A stretch of 63,769 nt of DNA, counting the filler, from Choristocarpus tenellus KU-1152 (Eukaryota > Protista > Phaeophyceae), in NCBI GenBank assembly GCA_964200185.2. It is 14 parts of 14 records of this genome, joined end to end, with 100 filler letters (N's around TTAATTAATTAA, not from the genome) between each part and the next. Parts side by side here need not be neighbours in the genome. Positions count along the whole stretch, not along the records: positions 51,255 to 57,088 come from CAXNAD020009642.1; positions 57,189 to 61,158 come from CAXNAD020016859.1; positions 61,259 to 63,769 come from CAXNAD020027192.1; 11 more parts are not named here. One strand, 5' to 3'. A program made the position numbers and the translations under genes. Positions 52,029 to 63,769 of the stretch are shown in pieces. Under the pieces are notes generated by a model. It saw only the letters and a list, made by a program, of their open reading frames with translations. It had not been told where the DNA came from and ran no database searches. The stretch's first letter is position 1. Every line of letters starts with the position of its first letter.

Positions 52029-52289
52029 GAGTGAAAGTATCTTAGAGGGTACAAATTTTCCCCTGTTAGTCCATTTGGGGCTTGGCTTTCCATGGGTTTT
52101 TTAATGACATTTTCCTACCCCTCAAAGTATTTCGGAGTAGGTAAAATGTATATGTTATGAAAAAGTGTGTCTGGAACAAGGATATTGACACTTCCTAACA
52201 AACACGATAGCCAAAATTACATCAAAATCGCAACATTGGATTTGGACCCTCAAATTGACACGCCCCTACTCTCTAAGATACTTTAGCTC
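52029..52289 (-). mobile_element. Sola-like MITE copy, TSD TGTC
   Basis: TGTC|GAGTGAAAGTATCTTAGAGGGTA...CTCTAAGATACTTTAGCTC|TGTC. Confidence 0.88.
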
Positions 52290-52838
52290 TGTCGTGAAAA
52301 ATATTCTAATCGAAGTCAGAATTGAGGAAGGAGAATGGGCACACACAGTTGATCTCGTCGTTTGCTGTTGATTTTATCATGTAACACACGATGTTGTTTT
52401 CACGCATCAGAGTGGTGATCAAATCATTGTATAACACCCGTATAGCAATGTCGAATCACAAACACTAGTCAAATCGTTTTGTTGACATCGTGTATAATGT
52501 TTGCTCCTCGTCTCCCCATTCTGAGTGTATCCTCTCTGTTTAATACGAGATATTAGAGACCCTATATGCTGGCCACATATACCTCTAGCCTCGTCCTTAG
52601 GCTGATTGATACGCTGATCCCATACTCTCAGACCTCATAAGCTTGATTGGTGTGCTGACCACACACCATCAACCTTCAGGCCATGTTATCCTGATCAGAT
52701 ATACATCGTGAGCCTCGTTTATATTGTATACTTCATGTTGTATTAATGGAGTCGTGTAATACAATGGTGCAATAGTATACTAACAGTCACACATGTTTCC
52801 CATTTCGCTCCCAGAGCTCACCTTTGGTTGACCTTGAA

Positions 52839-53353
52839 GATCCAAAGTATCTTAGAGAGTAGAGTCGCGTCCATTTGGGGGTCAAAATCCAATGTTGCAA
52901 TTTGATGTAATTTTAGCTCTCGTGTTTGTTAGGAAGTGTCAATATCTATGTTTCGGACACACCTTTTCACAACGTATACGAGTGAAAGTATCTTAGAGGG
53001 TACGAGTTTTGCCCTGTTTGTCCATTTGGGGCTTGGCTTCCCATGGGTCCTTTTATGACATTTTCCTACTCCAAAATACTTAGGAATAGGTACAGTGAAT
53101 ATGTTATGAAAAGGTGTATCCGGAACATGGATATTGACACTTCCTAACAAACAGCCAAAATTACGTCAAAATCGCAACCTTGTATTTTGACCCCCAAATG
53201 GACGTGGCTCTACCCTCTAAGATACATTGGCTCATACATTTTACCCACTTGGAAACATTTCGGAGTAGGAAAATGTCATAAAAAAAACATGGGAAGCCAA
53301 GTCCCAAATGGACAAACAGGGCTAATATCGTACCCTCTAAGATACTTTCACTC
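52839..53353 (+). mobile_element. Sola-like MITE, outer copy, TSD TGAA
   Basis: TGAA|GATCCAAAGTATCTTAGAGAGTA...TACCCTCTAAGATACTTTCACTC|TGAA. Confidence 0.88.
52980..53233 (-). mobile_element. Sola-like MITE, inner nested copy (inverted), TSD ATAC
   Basis: ATAC|GAGTGAAAGTATCTTAGAGGG...CTCTAAGATACATTGGCTC|ATAC; near-identical reverse complement of 27362-27615. Confidence 0.88.
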
Positions 53354-53807
53354 TGAATCATGTTTACATGGCTTCAAGGTCGATCAGAAGGGGGGGGTGA
53401 TGTGAAAAGCATGTTTGCCTGTTGTTATACCATTTTTGCCGTATGCCATATACCGTTATACTGTGGTACCGATTGAGGTTCTCAGTCAAGCGTCCATGAT
53501 TTCGCTGACAGACGTTCTGTCAGAATTAAGCTATGGAATCTCTTCATATGACCAATCCCATAGACTTGGGGTAGCTCGTCATCAGAGTTGTCGAACATGG
53601 AAGTTCCACTTTGTTCTGACCTCTTGACCTATGATGAAGCCCCATCTTCGATAATGCTCATTACTCCTCAGTTTTGCACTTGTCGAACGTTAACCTTGTA
53701 CCCTCAGTTACGGTTCGTCCTTGTTCGTGTGGTCCATCTTGCCCGGTTATTCTCTTCACCACCCTTGCCTGAGTGAACCACACCGCCACAGAATGACACG
53801 ATTCACA

Positions 53808-56620
53808 GTGGTACCAATAGGTTCGCCCTCTGTGACAATTTTTTTTTTTCGCCGTATCGCCACAATAACTACACAACAATATATATATAAAATGAACGCT
53901 TATGACAGGCGTTTTGAAGGTTTGTATCCATGAAGTTTCAGACTTCCAGGAACGGGAGTTATGTGTTAAACTTGAATCGAATGCATCGTACTCGTGAGCA
54001 AAATGCTTAGTCTACGTGCGATGAGGAATCATAGTGCTGCAAAGTCTGTGTTACGAAGAGATGTGATTGTGCTGCAAAGCACTGATGTATTTATTCTGTT
54101 GTAACTGAGGTCATTGATCGCTCAGTCAAGAATCACGCGATGTGAATTCAGTGTTCTTTCATGATATACTCAACGAAAGAAGTCCATGCTCTGTGGAGAG
54201 ACTTGTTACCTTGGCGGACAAGGGTTTCCGTGGATGGTTTAACTCTGAATATATAACATCCAGGTGTGCATCAGGTGCACTTTCTACAGAGTGAGGTTGG
54301 TACATTATGAGGGGTGAATGACAACCAAGAAAGAAACAATAATCAACAATTAACATACAGCTGTCATCTTCTCCTGCTAAGAAGAAGAAAGAAAAAGAAA
54401 ACAAAAAAAGGGAAGCAACACAACAAAAGAACAACCTTGAATCAATATGTGGCTACTCAAGTGACGAATACTATTCCTGTATGTAGAATGCACAGCGACT
54501 GTTCTGGACTGTGGTGATGATGACCTAGTGACAGTAACGACCAGTGCGTAACGGACCAATCAATAGTCAATATTGACTGGTGGAATTGTATCGCATCAAG
54601 GAAAAAACAAATGAGTACTTATGTTTTAACACTATGTCCCAATCAAGTAATGGCCAACACGCAGAGGAACATCTCTGGCGCAATGTTGGAGGTCACGACT
54701 TCAAAACGGACAAAAATGAAGTGGTTGGCTGAACTCCTCGCAAAGAACTGATGCGGGTTAGGTCGCTGCTTAAGTTTGGTGTGTGTGGCAATACCACAAA
54801 AACCCCAAGATTTGCGGACATCTTTTTAGCACCTTTTGCAGACAGGCTGTGAGCACACACACACGTGACCCACACAGCAACATGAACCACGACGGTGAGA
54901 CAAGGAGAGCCGCCGAGGGCACTCTGCCCTGGATCTACCCTCGGCACCTTCTCTATCGAGAAGCGGCAAAAAAAAAGTACGGTGTGACACTCAGTGCAAT
55001 GTTAGGTGATGAGAAAGCGCGAATAGTGTGGCACAGCAGCATGATCAAATCGCGCAATGGACCACGTGTTCGTAGATAGTTCTGCTGATACACTATAGAC
55101 ACCACCGTTGGATTAGGTAATAGGATGGAGAGCAAGTAACAGATATATCATATGTACTGACTCATAGTGTCCATTGATTTTTGCGTCATGTTCAAGATAC
55201 ATTTGCTATACTTCAGACAAGTAAATAAGTGATTCATAGTGATTAGTGTGGACAATTACAAACCCCACACTACAGGAACAGTAATGATAGTCTAGGCATG
55301 TCTCACCCCCCACCAGTTCAGTCAATGGAATTGATACCAGATGCCTCTTCTTGTAACATTAATACTGTGTATCTACATCAAGCTATTCATTGTCCTTTAT
55401 CAAGGCACACAGCCGCGGGTCCAGTGTGGAATATTTCAACACCACGTGACCGCGGCACTGACGCTGAGAGAAGATGCATGGAGAGCATTACCTCACGAAC
55501 ATGGTTGGATCTTCAACCACATCGGGGCACTCCTCTGCAATCTCTGCTGCCTCAGGAAAGCAGGAAGAGACCGGCGAGTCCATCACCAGGTGGTACAGTG
55601 ACGAAATCTGTGGAGACACAGTGACGAAGTCTGTGGGGAAGCCTGGTCACGGCAGGTGAAGGGAGAACCAGAGTGGCCAGCCGAAGGGAAGGTTGGGGAG
55701 GGGAGCAGTGCGACTGCATGCCATTGCGCTCAGGAAACGCCTAAGCGAATACTCGGGTGTAGAATATCTTAGTAGTCGACAGTTGCAGCAGGCCCTACCT
55801 GTTTGGAAGCTATGCGAGCTGGAGTGACTTAAGGAAACGAGAACGAAGGTATTAGGGTTGGGGTACAAGGACTCTGGAGTCCGAGAGAAGGTCGAAAGGG
55901 CTCGCAAGGCAGAGGAGAAAGTGATCATAGCAAAGGCAGCTGTGGAGACGTTTCGATACCGCCAAATCCTCTACATAGAAGAGGTCACGAAGAAGGTTGA
56001 GGTAGCTATTGACGAGGACGCCAGGGAAGAAGAAGAAGTGGGATTGAGACTATGTGCACACCAATGTTTTGGTGTCTCCCACTTCTTGCAAGATGCCATA
56101 CATTAACCTGGTCTTGTTCAATGATCCCCTCAGCTGTTGGCTTGTCTTAAATTTGTTCCAGGACCTAGGGTTGAACGTATAAAGTTGATTATTATGGTTT
56201 CCTCCCCGCCTACATTCTTTCGAGAAATCAACACAATTTTCGATCAACTCAAGCCTGTCCTTCCTTGCCCTTTCGCTTTGATGAAGAGAAATATCACCCG
56301 TCCAGGAAACACGGACAGCGCCCATTTCCAGCGCTCAACAAAGAAATGTGATAGTAAAGGCTCCACTGCGAATCCTGTAGTACCTGTGTATACGACGGGA
56401 AAGACCGACAAACGGCGCTCGAGATGGCAGCAGGATATGCGATGGTCAGGTCGGAAACTGTGAGTAAATGGGAGAACGACTTCCCAACTAAGGGCCACAT
56501 CAAGGTGTTGGAGCAAGGGCACTACAGGAGGCGTTTCGTTCTGGGCCTCAACGAGGACATCCTTGCCGAGGTAAAAGAGTGGGTGGGTGAACACACACAA
56601 AGAAAGGGTGCGGAGGCTTT
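53808..56620 (+). mobile_element. Unclassified repeat with decayed ORF, copy 2, interrupted by a solo LTR
   Basis: Homologous to 34235-35349 and extends into MAAGYAMVRSETVSKWENDF..GH...EQGHYRRRFVLGLNEDILAEVKEWVGEH, an HTH-like transposase N-terminal block. Confidence 0.65.
55067..55441. mobile_element. Solo LTR, 375 bp, 5-bp TSD CCACG
   Basis: CCACG|TGTT...AACA|CCACG. The paralogous copy at ~34800 has a single CCACG (empty site). Confidence 0.85.
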
Positions 56621-57188
56621 CCCTCCACCTAATCTCTATACTTTAATCAAGTAATAGGGCATCTGTTGGCACTCTTGGTGACCTACAATCCAGGGTTTGA
56701 ACCACAATATGACCGCTCTTTCTTTTAATAAGAAACAAAATGGTGAAAAAACGAAGCCCGTACTCTGAAGGGCCTTGTGACGGGCATCACGAACATGCTT
56801 TTATTTGTTATCTCCGATGTCTACATCAAACGTTATGACGGGACAACCCCAGATGTAGAAGCTACTGGTACCAGTATATATAATGCAACTATAGCGTACT
56901 AGTGTACTACCTTTGTGCCATAAGTTTGTGCCGAGAAACATTTGGGCTCGCCGAGCGAGAATGGCACCGAATCGGATGATATTCCCACAGAATGAAATCG
57001 GGTTGACAATCAGCTTTCACAAGAGGTGGGGGTCGAGGATCATCGGGTACAGACTCGAGGTGCTTCAAGCCGTCAAAGTAGGGGTCTTNNNNNNNNNNNN
57101 NNNNNNNNNNNNNNNNNNNNNNNNNNNNNNNNTTAATTAATTAANNNNNNNNNNNNNNNNNNNNNNNNNNNNNNNNNNNNNNNNNNNN

Positions 57189-57850
57189 CCACAATGGACG
57201 AGTGGTGTGTACACGGATGAGACCACGAATAATTACAGGGCATCGAATCCAAAAATGGTAATTTAACCACCATTTGCAGGTGGTGTATACACGCTTTGGA
57301 GCACAGATAATTTGAGGGAATCGAATACAAGTTTGGGGATATCACCCCCACAAGGACAGGTGGTGTGCACCCTTTTGAATAAACGCAAGCAACCACATAA
57401 CATCGAATCCGAAAATGGTCACATCACCACCGCGGAGAGGTGGCGTGCACACGCGGTTTGGAGCACAAAGCAACACAGGAAATCGTATCTAAAAATGCTG
57501 GAATATCCACAATGAACAGGTGGTGTGTAAAAGGATGGGACCACGAATAATTACAGGGCGTCGAATCCAAAAGTGATAATTTAGCCACCATTTGCAGGTA
57601 GTGTGTACACGCTTAGGAGCACAGATAATTTGAGGGAATGTCGAATATAAGTTTGGGGATATCATCACCCCCACATGGACAGGTCGTGTGCAGACGGTTT
57701 GGAGCACAATCAAATACAGGACATCGAATATATGAACGGTGATATCACCACCGTGGAGAGGTGGTGTGTACACGATTGGGAGCACAAAGCAACACAGGAA
57801 AGCGAAACTAGAAATGCTACAATCTCCATCATACACAGGCAGTGGGTACA
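57189..57850 (+). repeat. Array of ~9 units of 78-85 bp with a 4-unit (~318 bp) higher-order period
   Basis: A GTGGTGT-type anchor recurs at 57202, 57280, 57360, 57440, 57520, 57598, 57683, 57761 and 57842; 57189-57506 matches 57507-57830. Confidence 0.85.
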
Positions 57851-58400
57851 GTATCATCTCAGCCACATTCTCGTACATTCAAGGTTGACGAACGATAGAC
57901 GCAACACCCGCCAAAGGCGCTATAAATCTTGACGGCGTGTTTGCGACGTTGATCATCCAGATACGCTCCTGTGTAGTAGCCCGCAGGAAGGGCGAACGTT
58001 TCTTGTATGTGGGGGCTCACCTTTTGGTTCCCTTTGGAGGCATTGCGGCGTCAGGTGGTTGTACTTCGCCTCGTAGTTGATCGCTGGATTTCTGCATGGA
58101 GTGGGCACGTTCGAAACGGGACAAGAGGAACAAACAGAAAGAGAGAGGAAATATTTTGCGCATCGAGTCAGGCTCAAAGAGGATGGCATTAGGCGGTCGG
58201 TTCACACTATCCTCCAGCCGTACACAAACGATTACATTGCACGAGGTGGCAGTGGGGTATTTTTTTACCTTCCGATATGCCCGGTATTCAGCGTAACGTA
58301 CGACGCACAGGGATGGCCGCACACAAGGACGGTTCCCATGCAAGGGATACACGCATACCCTCTCCCGATCAAGAGGGTATGGTCCTGTTATCTATTCTTT
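57675..58400 (+). pseudogene. Decayed unknown ORF, copy 1 (follows the 26-aa repeats)
   Basis: Homologous to 62886-63420, with third-position-biased substitutions; frameshifted. Confidence 0.6.
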
Positions 58401-59878
58401 TTTCGGTTGTGTAACGACAGAACCATTGTCCGTACAACAAGAACCGCCTTTATTGCATGTTCTACCCCTATCATATAATAGTACATATGTTTTGCTGTTA
58501 CGAACAGGCCACTTCGGGTGTTCCTTCTTCTATGATAAGAACGGATATTTAATAAACGGGATTCTGCACTCTTGACATATGTCTCGAAACTTCTATGCAT
58601 GACAATTCGGTTAAATCGAAGCAAAAACATATACACTTATATATATAAATATTCATATATTTATCATATATTTATATGTAAGAGTTATATCTATATGCCA
58701 ATGGTAATATTAATATATATGTAAATAAAATATATATATATATATATATATATATAAGAGATATGTATATATGTATTAGAGGCATATATATATAACTCTT
58801 TACGCGCTAATCCTTCATTGGAGCGAAAGGGTCAAAACTTTGAGTTGGCATCTTCTTCTGCATAGATTCGCGGTCCTTTACTCTTACATTGGAACAAAAA
58901 CGTATATTCACACTTCGCCTATAGTGTTTATATTATATTGCACAACAAAGAAAAACTTTCACCAAGTTACATATGCAAGAGAGACCCCACACTCCCTCAC
59001 TCTCTCCACAACAAAGCAACGGGTCTGGACAATTATTGAGGAATTCGTCGCTGCGGTTGTCCAAGGGGACCACACATCCCTCGCACTGCAGATGTACGAG
59101 TACGACCCGCCAGCCACTACGGGATCTCTCTAAGAACGGGACTGAATTCGTGGACTTCGAAGGGGTAGACACCAGGACATCCCAAAGGCAAGACCACGTC
59201 TGGTTGCAGCGATACACTCAAATGTGGCCTGTGTGTTCTGTAATTGCCTCAATGGGGAATTAGCGCTTGAAGAATAGGCTTAGCGAACCATATGGTCACC
59301 ATACTCCTACCGAAATTACAGAATTGCATCGAAATCCGAGAGACATGGTATTCACTACTTGGGCCGTAGTTCCGAGCTGGTGACAAAAAACCTCCTCCAA
59401 TAAAGAGCAGAACGAAACCTATCGATGAAGCTCTTGCGCTCCGATATCTGCGTTCCGATATCTATCGGAACCAAACGATGTTCTTTACGGTTTCTGTTTC
59501 CGATCCCAACCATAGCACCTGTCCCGACCCTAACCCTATGCTTTTACCCTGACACTCTCTCTCACCCTTACATGTTGATGAAATAATACCGATTCATGTT
59601 TCCTCCTTCCTTCATCTGCTCGCCTCATGTCACATTTTGTCATACTCTACCGTTGGTCAAAGCACAGAAAATATTGCGGCTCTACACATAAAACCTACTT
59701 CAAGTCACACAAATCGTGTCATTCTCGCCGAACGTTGTTCCGCAACAGAGTGTGGCGAAAGTTGCTGCGGTCGACATACCAACTTTTTCGAGCCACACGC
59801 CCCCAAACCATCGTCCTGGACTCACCACAAAACTCAATCGCTATCTCGTGCCCCCATAGACCGAGGGGCGCATACGAT

Positions 59879-60763
59879 GGTATGTGCATACGGGGCTATG
59901 TGTTGACCTACATCACATGTAACATTCAAGATTGATTCTACAAAATCCATAGTGCACATTAGTTTACCGTTTGTCAGAACACGTCAATTGTGTACCATAC
60001 GCGAGAACACGATGTCAGGGGCGACACCCACCATGCACATGTCAACTGTTTTCCAACAGAAATTCGTACCAAAACACACTTCGTACCGTTGGACAAACTC
60101 CCCCAGTCACCTTTTCCTACACATGCTTCATCCCTTTTTTGGTAACCTTTTGTATGTGGCTCGCGATTGACCGCATATATGCGACGCACACATTTTCAAG
60201 AGAATATATTCAAGGCAGTTTCGGTTGTTGATGCATCAAACACACCCTTCTCTATGCTTTCAAAGTGGGGTGTCACTCACCACGGCCCTTTTCCGTTTAG
60301 CACCTAGAGTGACGAAACAGTGCGGTATGCGCATATGGGGCTATGTGTTGACCTACATCACATGTAACATTCAATATTGATTCAACAAAGTCCATAGTGC
60401 ACATTAGTTTACCGTTTGTCAGAACACGTCAATTGAATAACATACACGAGAACACGATGTCAGGGGCGACACCCACCATGCACATGTCAACTATTTTCCA
60501 ACAGAAATTCGTACCAAACACACTTCGTACCGTTGGACAAACTACCCCCAGTCACCTTTTCCTACACATGCTTCATCCTTTTTTTGGTAACCTTTTGTAT
60601 GTGGCTCACGATTAACCGCATATATGCGACGCACACATTTTCAAGAGAGTATATTCAAGCCAGTTTCAGTTGTTATGCGTCAAACACAGCCTTCTCTATG
60701 CTTTCAAAGTGGGGTGTCACTCACCACGGCCCTTTTCCATTTAGCACCTAGAGTGACGAAACA
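59879..60763. repeat. 445-bp tandem duplication (59879-60319, 60324-60763)
   Basis: Two highly similar direct copies from GGTATGYGCATAYGGGGCTATG to GAGTGACGAAACA. Confidence 0.95.
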
Positions 60764-60814
60764 TCGTGCGTGAGCACCTTTCCCCGAAGAAAGATGCAAT
60801 ATTACTGAGGTTTT

Positions 60815-61158
60815 TTGCATGATGAGGATCGATCAATAGTGTCAAAGGAAACAAACCCACCCAACTTACATCGTGACCTCCTTTCGATCCCACTCAGGAG
60901 ACGGGGACTAAAGAGACTACCCAAGACCAGTGCCGCCCGTTCGTGGAAGAAATCCCAAACGGACCAGATAATGGACCTCTTCCTCTCCATGTTTGTCAAC
61001 CACAATGGATCAGAAGAGATGGAAGAAAGCGGTCGCACTTGGAACGACCTTGCCTCTTGGTTGTTGGATGAGAAGAGCAGATTTGCACCGTTGGCAAGTG
61101 CACTGCGAGTTGCGTTGGGTCGGGAACAACGCGAGTCAACGCCTGATCTCCAGGTTTA
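60815..61158 (+). CDS. Unknown ORF, open to the contig end (possibly a TE protein N-terminus)
   Basis: An ATG-initiated frame of >110 codons starts right after the duplication and contains a basic segment LRRRGLKRLPKTSAARSWKK. Confidence 0.35.
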
Positions 61159-61258
61159 NNNNNNNNNNNNNNNNNNNNNNNNNNNNNNNNNNNNNNNNNN
61201 NNTTAATTAATTAANNNNNNNNNNNNNNNNNNNNNNNNNNNNNNNNNNNNNNNNNNNN

Positions 61259-61417
61259 AAAATTACATCAAAATCACAACATTGCATTTTGACCCCAAAT
61301 GGACGCGGCTCTACCCTCTAAGATGCTTTGGCTCAAAATGCCATAAAAGAACCCAAGGGAAGCCAAGCCCAAATGGACAAACAGGGCAAACCCGTAGCCT
61401 CTAAGATACTTTCATTC
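61259..61417. mobile_element. Ends of two nested Sola-like MITE copies (inner ends 61334, outer ends 61417)
   Basis: ...CTCTAAGATGCTTTGGCTC is followed directly by internal MITE sequence AAAATGCCATAAAA... and a second TIR CTCTAAGATACTTTCATTC. Confidence 0.75.
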
Positions 61418-62885
61418 CAACCCACCAGGTAATGAACAGGAACAGGATAACCGTTCGCCTAGCCCTACAGTAGGTACGGGAAGCAGGACTCTACAAGGGG
61501 GAAGGCAAACAACCACACCCTCAGAAAACGACTCTGAAGGCGATGGGGACCAACCCGTTTGTAGCGCTTTGTCAGGTCCAGAGGAACTTGCACAGGAGGA
61601 CGTGAGGGGGCGGCTAGGTAGGGGCTCAGAGTCCACGCCTGTCAGGAGTGACCCATGTATGTCCCCAAACGCCCATTCGGTGGGCAGCGACGGTAACAAG
61701 TCCAAGGTGCCAGGGAACACCTACGACGATGCTGTGGGGTGAAGTGAGAACCACGCCCATGCCCATCCAATCACAACACCGAGGGACAAGCCTTCCGTGA
61801 AAGGTAACGGAAAGAGGAAAAGGACAATAATTGGGAAGAAGAGGTTGAGAGAAGACTCTGAAGGCAATGTGGACCAACCCGATTGTGATGTTTTGTCAGG
61901 TCTGCACGGTTGCAAAGGTAAAAAATAGAGGGCATAGAATTTGAAAAACGTTGGTGACATTACCATTGACAGCTGGTGTGTACACAGATGTAAAGGTAAC
62001 AAATACGAGGCAGTGAGTTTGAAAATGTTGGTGCTGTTACCACTGCTGGCAGCTGCTTGGTACAAGCTCAGAATACAAATGAACACGTAAATATGTGTTG
62101 AGCCGTGTGGTTGTGTTCACGACCGAGAAAAACGAAATTAAGGTTAGATACGTTGGAAAATCTTCAACACCGCACACGTTGCCAATCTTGGCCTAACGTG
62201 AGCATTTTCTCCCTCTGGATTTCAAAGCGCCATGACATGGAGGCCTCTTAGTATATACGAAACAAAAATTCGCCAGTGTCGACAGAGCCGTGGACTATAC
62301 TGCAGAATAGACAGACCGGCGTGCATAGAGTTTACTCCGATTTTGACGCAAAATTGCTTTCACTCAGTATTCTATCTGGAGCTTCCGACAAAATATTTAC
62401 ACAGGTGGAAACATAGCAGTGGTGGGCGAAATTGGTATGGTCGTAATCCTGAAGACCTTTGTGCATAACGCGTTGAGGTCTCAATCGCTACCGCTTTGCA
62501 TTGTATTGAAATGCGAGGGAATGTAATTAGGTCCCTGTCTGTATCGTGTCTGTTTGTTTGGCCTATCTCGTGTGAATCGATGTAGCGTGGTGAACAGCAA
62601 CGCCATCTAGACCTAACCCGGATTTGGGCTATACATTAAGAAAGCAAGAACGAGATCATCATTCCTAATGGGAGGGGCATGTTCGTGCTTTTGCAAAAGA
62701 CGAAAACAAGACATGTTGGAACTTAGTATCGAGAGGAATGCGTACGTAGGAATTGGTGGGATACGTTACACATCGCAAAGGCCGGTAGATGAGGAAGGCT
62801 CGACCCCAGATGGGTGCGTTCGGTACGGCACACTATGCGACAATGTTTGGATTAGCGACCGTGACTAGGGGGTCATGCAAACGCT

Positions 62886-63630
62886 TGGGTACACCATCAT
62901 GTCAGCCACATGATAATACATGCTACGTGAAAGGACGAAAGCCGCAACATCCGCCAAAGGAGCTAAATCTTGATGGTGTGTTTACGATATTGGTCATTCA
63001 CAGAAACGCTGCAGTGTAGGCTGCACGAAGGGTATTTGATTCTTGTATGGGGACTCACCTTCTGGTTCCCTTTGGAGGCATGGCGGCATTCGGTGGTTGG
63101 ACTAAGCCTCTCAGTTGATTGCGGGATGTCTGCATCGGGTGGGCATGTTGGAAATGGGACAGGAGAAACAAACAGAAGGAGAGAGAGAGAATGTTTTGCG
63201 CATCGAGTCAGGCCCAGAGAGGATGGCATGTCGCGGTTGGTTCACATCCTCGAGCCGTACGCACCTGATCACCTTGTACGAGGAGGAAGTCCTGTCGTAT
63301 TTTTGCCTTTCGACACGCCCAGTGTTTAGCGTTACGTACAGCGCACAGGGATAGCCACAGACGAGCCCGATTCTCATGGAAGGGATACGCTCTATTCTCT
63401 CTTCTCCAAGAAAATATAGACTTTTCAACCTGTTTTTTTTTGGTTGTATAACAATTTCACAATCAATAAAGGAACAACCGCCTTTACTGAATGTACCCCT
63501 ATTAAATAGTAGTATATATATTGTGGTTATGAACAGGCTAGTTGGGGTGTTCCTTTTCCTCGGGAATCAAAAAGGATATTTAATAAGGAGAATTTTGCTC
63601 TCTTCACATATGTTTTGGAATTTCTATGTA
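62886..63630 (+). pseudogene. Decayed unknown ORF, copy 2, with shared 3' flank
   Basis: WVHHHVSH, NLDGVFT, GLTFWFPLEA, FAHRVR..EDG and PVFSVTY.AQG blocks are shared with 57843-58610. Confidence 0.6.
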
Positions 63631-63769
63631 CAGTACCTACCCCGATTTTGGGCCAAATATTACTAACCAAATCGGAAAATATGCAATTTTGTACCGCTTT
63701 TTTCGATATGCTAAAAAAAATAGACTTTTGTACTGGAATTCTCGTATTCGGGCGATTTGGCACAAAATC

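Noticed and set aside
55061-55448. hAT-type insertion with 8-bp TSD ACCACGTG
   Set aside because: No TIRs. Re-parsing gives TG..CA termini with a 5-bp TSD, which is a solo LTR.
57189-57850. CRISPR-like hairpin repeat-spacer array
   Set aside because: The inter-hairpin sequences are homologous to each other and recur with a 4-unit period, so they are not acquired spacers.
59020-59350. Coding-looking segment (WTIIEEFVAAVVQGDH...)
   Set aside because: Frameshifted, single copy in the window and with no identifiable motif.
61418-61917. Low-complexity plus-strand frame with a duplicated DSEG..DQP.C..LSG block
   Set aside because: It has an internal stop, is interrupted by a MITE and shows no recognisable family, so it cannot be supported as a gene.

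Overview
Eukaryotic genomic DNA with long spliceosomal introns, TTAGGG-type repeats and many decayed transposons. A brown alga or related stramenopile is my inference, not something the sequence proves. The window is not one locus: it is 14 contigs joined by 13 artificial 100-bp linkers (N44-TTAATTAATTAA-N44), so adjacency across linkers means nothing. Recognisable host genes, mostly partial and spliced: a DnaJ-domain gene, an SZT2 (KICSTOR)-like gene, the ISWI SLIDE domain, TMEM220, TAF9, a Qc-SNARE with a GC-AG intron, a PHD-like finger and several unknown multi-exon genes. Mobile DNA: plant-type mariner remnants with Stowaway-like TIRs and DD37D spacing, a Ty1/copia element, a solo LTR, RTE and CRE-like non-LTR remnants, and a MITE family with 4-bp TSDs (Sola-like) nested inside itself three times. 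The most striking feature is a ~750-bp AT-rich mosaic of bacterial, Rickettsiaceae-like gene pieces (cutA, clpB and a membrane-protein fragment). It lies between long degenerate inverted repeats, suggesting endosymbiont DNA captured in a Pack-type transposon. Also notable is an unknown multi-copy decayed ORF with 26-aa Trp/Cys/His repeats. All homology calls come from motif recognition by eye; no searches were run.
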